Source: an uncultured Verrucomicrobiae bacterium
GTDB taxonomy: Bacteria; Verrucomicrobiota; Verrucomicrobiia; Chthoniobacterales; UBA10450
Assembly: GCA_963834385.1 (NCBI GenBank)
Contig: CAWIBO010000002.1
Span: 32,001-96,000, forward strand
Length of the DNA stretch: 64,000 nt
Reading direction: 5' to 3'
The notes under the pieces were generated by a model. The model was given only the letters and a program-made list of their open reading frames with translations, searched no databases and was not told the origin of the DNA. Position 1 is the first letter of the stretch. Each line of letters starts with the position of its first letter. The translations under genes were made by a program, and so were the position numbers. This document shows, in pieces, positions 60,212-64,000 of this stretch.

Positions 60212-61165
60212 TCATTTTATGAAGTCGACTTTGCGCAGTTCGTAGTGGTCCAGCATCTCTCCCTCACGCCGGCCGGAGAGGCCGAGCAGCCCAACGAATT
60301 CGCCCGCGCCTTTCGCCGTGAGCAGGGCGACCACCATCGGAAGCGCCAGTGGGTTGATTCGGTGTTTTCGCATAAATTTCCACGCGGTCGGCAGGACACG
60401 CCGGCCGAGGACAACGGGAATGAGGGGGGCGCCGCCGGCGTAAAGCAGGCGCCGCCAGGCCGGCCACCGGCTCGCTCGCTGGCTTCCGATCTGTGTGCCC
60501 GCGAGGTAGCTCTCGAGGAGACTGTGTGGCGGGCGGCTGATGTTCAGGTGAGCGATGCGCGCTTCCGGGACGAAGAGCGCGCGCGCGCCTTTTTGCTGCA
60601 GAGCAATCCGGAGTTCGTCTCCATGGGAAAAAAGGCGGGCGAGATCGCCGGGCAGGGCGAGGAGAACATCCCGGCGGTAGAGCGCGTTATAAAGCGGGGT
60701 ATCCGCGATCTCCCGGCCCGGTTCGTCGGCGTTCCACCGCGCGTAATCGGCCAGAAATCCGGCCCAACTGGCGGCGCGGCCCGGGTTCGCGTTGGCAAAG
60801 CCCGGCACGACCGCGGTCCACGGTCCGGAGCGCACCGCGGCCAGCATGATGGCCACGGCTTCCGGTTCCAGGAAACTGTGGGTTTCACCAATGAAAATGC
60901 AGGGGGCGCTTGCGGCCCGGACCCCGGCGGCGCGCGCCGCCCCGAGAGGCGAAAGCGAAGGCACCTCCAGCGTCCGCCACGCGGCGAAAGCGTCCCGCAC
61001 CCGGGCCGCGGGAGAGAAATCGGCATCGGGGGGATGGACCAGGAGAACTTCGAGACGGCGCGCCATGGTCTGCCGCCGCAGGCGCTCCACCACCGGCTGA
61101 ATCGTTTCCCACGTGTCGGTGGGCAGAATGATGGAGAGTTCCGGGCCCTGGGTCTCGTCAGACAT
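60212..61165 (-). CDS. GT2-like glycosyltransferase (ETH variant)
   Basis: LSIILPTD, ARAAG, FIGETHSF, NANPG; ATG at 61165 overlaps the upstream stop. Confidence 0.8.
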   Translation of the reverse strand: MSDETQGPELSIILPTDTWETIQPVVERLRRQTMARRLEVLLVHPPDADFSPAARVRDAFAAWRTLEVPSLSPLGAARAAGVRAASAPCIFIGETHSFLEPEAVAIMLAAVRSGPWTAVVPGFANANPGRAASWAGFLADYARWNADEPGREIADTPLYNALYRRDVLLALPGDLARLFSHGDELRIALQQKGARALFVPEARIAHLNISRPPHSLLESYLAGTQIGSQRASRWPAWRRLLYAGGAPLIPVVLGRRVLPTAWKFMRKHRINPLALPMVVALLTAKGAGEFVGLLGLSGRREGEMLDHYELRKVDFIK

Positions 61166-62108
61166 AATCGGTGCGGCGAATCTCGTAACGGGAGAGACGG
61201 TGTTCATGGCCGGCGGCGCTCAGGCCCAGGTAACCGAGGAGTTCTCCAAAGGCTCGGATGAGAAAGACGAGGAAGACGAACAACGTGACCCCCGCCGGCA
61301 TTCTTTCTTTTCGCCCCGTGCTCCGTAAACCCCGCCAGGCGCGGGCGGTGAGCAGGAACGGGATCAGCGGGCTGGCCGCGACAAGAAAGAGACGCCGGCC
61401 GACGCTCCACCGGCGCGCCCGTCGCCAGCCAATGGTAAACCCGAGCAGGAAATGCTCGTCAATCCATGCGCCCGGCGCCTGGATATTAAGGTGGTCGATG
61501 CCGGCGCGCGGTTCGAAAAAGATTCGGTGTCCGTTGCGCCGGATTGTCTCCCGCAGCACTTCGCCCTCGCTTAACGCGTTCTCGAGCTCCGGGCCCAGCT
61601 CCGCGAAGACCTCCCGCCGATACACGACGTCATAGACCGGCGCCCCCGCGATCTCGCCGGCTGGCAGGACCCGGCTCCATCCGCCGTAGGCGGCCAGGAA
61701 GGCGGACCAGCTCAGAATCGTTCCCGGATTAGCGTTTTCGAAGCCGGGGGTCGCCATTGACCACGGACCTTCCTTCACTTTCGCGACAAGAATTTCGGCC
61801 GCGTCTGCGTGCAGGAAACTGTGGGTTTCCCCGAGGAAAATAAACGGCGCGCGCGCCGCTTGAATCCCCGCGGCTCGCGCATGGGCGAGGGGAACAAGTG
61901 TGGTGACCTCAACCACCCGGAGGTCGCCAAATTTGTCGCGAAAGGAAAGCGCGCCTTCAGTCGCCGCCCGGTCGGGGGTGGTGACGATCACTTCAATCTC
62001 ACCGGCCATGGTCTGTTCCGTCAGCCGGGAGAGGACCGGCGCAATGGTCTCAAAGTCATCGGTCGGCAGGACGACAGAGAGGGTGGGACTGAAAGGATCT
62101 GAGTTCAT
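61158..62108 (-). CDS. GT2-like glycosyltransferase (ETH variant)
   Basis: LSVVLPTD, ARAAG, FLGETHSF, NANPG; ATG at 62108 overlaps the GT8 stop (ATGA). Confidence 0.8.
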   Translation of the reverse strand: MNSDPFSPTLSVVLPTDDFETIAPVLSRLTEQTMAGEIEVIVTTPDRAATEGALSFRDKFGDLRVVEVTTLVPLAHARAAGIQAARAPFIFLGETHSFLHADAAEILVAKVKEGPWSMATPGFENANPGTILSWSAFLAAYGGWSRVLPAGEIAGAPVYDVVYRREVFAELGPELENALSEGEVLRETIRRNGHRIFFEPRAGIDHLNIQAPGAWIDEHFLLGFTIGWRRARRWSVGRRLFLVAASPLIPFLLTARAWRGLRSTGRKERMPAGVTLFVFLVFLIRAFGELLGYLGLSAAGHEHRLSRYEIRRTDYV

Positions 62109-63040
62109 CTCCGCGGCGTCCGGCGTGACCACCATCGCACAAATCGGAGGTGGAGCCGTTCCAGCGGGGCCAGGTAGCGCCGGAAACGCCATGATTCGTA
62201 GAAGGCCAGCGCCCGGTGCCGCAGCGTCCCGGGCGGCCGCGTCCCGCGCCAGGCTGTCTGGTCCAGCCAGTCCCGGTATTCCTCCTGGTATCGTCCCGGC
62301 CCACCATATAACCACGGCTTGAGCGCCCCGGTGAAATGGACCACCGCCGGCGCGAACTTCTCATCCGCGCCCGCTTGTCGTTCTGCCGCCGGGGTCCAGT
62401 TCCAGCGCGACTCCATGCGTTTCCAGCGGCCGCAAAGAACCGCGTTCAGCGCTTCCTGGTCCCAAAAATAAACTCGTTGCGAAAAACGTTCGAGATAGGC
62501 GAGGGCACGCTGCTCGACTTCTTCGCGGCGCCACAAGGGAAGATCGATCAGCATAAGGCCGGCGTTGAAATACGGCCGTTGTGCAGGCAGCCCGAGCTCC
62601 CGGAAACCGGCCACGCCGAAGGGCGACCCGACAGAGGGGACCAGAAAATCCTGCGCCGCGCAGAGGACGTGCTGCGCGAGATCAACCTGCCAGAGCGGTT
62701 CCAGGTCGGCCCGCACGAGCATGTCGCCATCGAGCCAGAGAACGCGCTCCACCGGCGGGGGCAGCCACCGTGCCAGGGTCAGCTTGTGGTAGGTGGTTGT
62801 GCTCATCCGGCCCCAGTGCGGCAGGCGCTTGAACTCGTCCCGCGGACGCGTGATCCAATTCACCGAAACAGGGAGCGACGCCGCAATCTTGCTCCTCGTG
62901 GCCGGGTCAATTTCATCGTCCACCACGTGGAGCTCCGCCTTCGTTCCGGGAGCGAGATGACCAAGAGCGCTCCGGAGCATCACCGCCAGAGGCAGCGCGT
63001 AATTTTCGTCGGCCGCGGCCGCAATCGTAATCGTGCTCAT
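62105..63040 (-). CDS. Family 8 glycosyltransferase
   Basis: ADENY, WLDGD, YFNAG, DQEALN, HFTGALKPW. Confidence 0.92.
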   Translation of the reverse strand: MSTITIAAAADENYALPLAVMLRSALGHLAPGTKAELHVVDDEIDPATRSKIAASLPVSVNWITRPRDEFKRLPHWGRMSTTTYHKLTLARWLPPPVERVLWLDGDMLVRADLEPLWQVDLAQHVLCAAQDFLVPSVGSPFGVAGFRELGLPAQRPYFNAGLMLIDLPLWRREEVEQRALAYLERFSQRVYFWDQEALNAVLCGRWKRMESRWNWTPAAERQAGADEKFAPAVVHFTGALKPWLYGGPGRYQEEYRDWLDQTAWRGTRPPGTLRHRALAFYESWRFRRYLAPLERLHLRFVRWWSRRTPRR

Positions 63041-64000
63041 TGGCGGCCGGTGCTCTTTTCAGGTCGCGGGGCGAAGGCCAAACCGCGGGCAAGGGTAAAG
63101 CCAAGGCGGCGCAGCCGCGCCGGACCTCCCGGCCAGACCAGCCAGCCCCCGAGGTAGACGGCGAGGAAAATAAGCGCCGCCCGGAGAAGGAGGAGAGGAT
63201 TTGGCAGGGCCGTGCCGGCGGCGCGTTCGAACAACCAGAGAGCCAGGAACGCCGCAATCGCAAAAAGCACAGGGCGCTGCATCGCTTTTAAAAAGGAGAA
63301 AAGAGGGAAGGCCGAGGAGCGCAGCGCATAGATAATTGAACAGGGAGCGAGCAGCCACGAGACCAGCGCCAGACCGGTGGCGACCCCGATTGGACCCGCC
63401 ACGACCGCGCCGCCCGTCAGGGCCAGAAGCATTATGATCGATTGGGCCGTGTTCCAGCGCCGTTGCCGATCGGCCCGGCCTTCCGCCAGGAGGAACCATG
63501 AGCCGAGTCGGCCGACGGACTGCGCCAGGGCGGCGATTGTCAGGAGACGCGCGAACGGGATGACCGGTTCCCACCGGGGCCCGAGGATCAGCAGGATCAG
63601 GGGCTCCATTACGGCAATGGCGAAAAGGAGGCTGGGCAAAATCAGAGCCAGGACAAGTTCCACCGCCCGTCCGGCGGCGAGCCGGTGCCGGTCCGGTTCG
63701 CCGTGCGTCCGGCTGAGGCCGGCCACCGCCACATCGAGCAAGGGGGCGTAAAGGTTTTCCAGGATGAGGAAGGCGAAACGCCGGGCATTTTCGTAAAAGC
63801 CGAGGACGACAGGTCCGGCCAGCCATCCCACAAGGAGACGGTCCACCGATGAGGAAGTGGCGAGCATGACGCGCCCCACGGTGAACTCCCGGGCATAACG
63901 GCGGAGCCGTGAGGGAATCCCGGGGTCCGCTCCCGGATCAAGAGTGACCGGGCGCCAGCCGGATATCGTCCACAGCAGGACGCCGCGGCTGAGCAACATC
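63037..64000 (-). CDS. Wzx-type polysaccharide flippase (5' part outside the window)
   Basis: Multiple TM helices, DRLLVG, LGFY, LGPRW. Confidence 0.8.
   Translation of the reverse strand, partial: MLLSRGVLLWTISGWRPVTLDPGADPGIPSRLRRYAREFTVGRVMLATSSSVDRLLVGWLAGPVVLGFYENARRFAFLILENLYAPLLDVAVAGLSRTHGEPDRHRLAAGRAVELVLALILPSLLFAIAVMEPLILLILGPRWEPVIPFARLLTIAALAQSVGRLGSWFLLAEGRADRQRRWNTAQSIIMLLALTGGAVVAGPIGVATGLALVSWLLAPCSIIYALRSSAFPLFSFLKAMQRPVLFAIAAFLALWLFERAAGTALPNPLLLLRAALIFLAVYLGGWLVWPGGPARLRRLGFTLARGLAFAPRPEKSTGRQ

Overview
GC-rich chromosomal window, most likely from a Verrucomicrobiota (Chthoniobacterales/Spartobacteria-like) genome. That assignment is inferred from gene content (long GreA, TIGR04073-like protein, lptCAB-hpf-hprK-ptsH-ptsI order) and not from a database search. 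Most of the window is housekeeping: two frameshifted PilB/GspE ATPases, glmS, glgC, lpxD, fba, serA, speA, kdsA-lptCAB-hpf, hprK-ptsH-ptsI, coaD-yceD-rpmF, tRNA-Ala(CGC), a 23S-5S rRNA unit with no linked 16S, and the start of a glycosyltransferase/flippase cluster. Five things stand out. (1) An exported protein (47704-48657) inserted against the grain of the lpt/PTS cluster, in which short secretin signature motifs are interleaved with an unrelated-looking beta-barrel-like sequence. (2) A sigma54-type promoter in front of a FabF-like ketosynthase with both catalytic His positions altered, followed by two paralogous GAF-PAS histidine kinases and divergent from a hybrid regulator; this may be a signal-synthase/sensor circuit. 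(3) An orphan PEARL/small-LanB enzyme with no precursor peptide, coupled to parA. (4) Intergenic mosaics built from five repeat families in shuffled order. (5) The stand-alone 23S-5S unit with its own promoter and a 26-bp processing stem. Several single-base frameshifts look like long-read errors.
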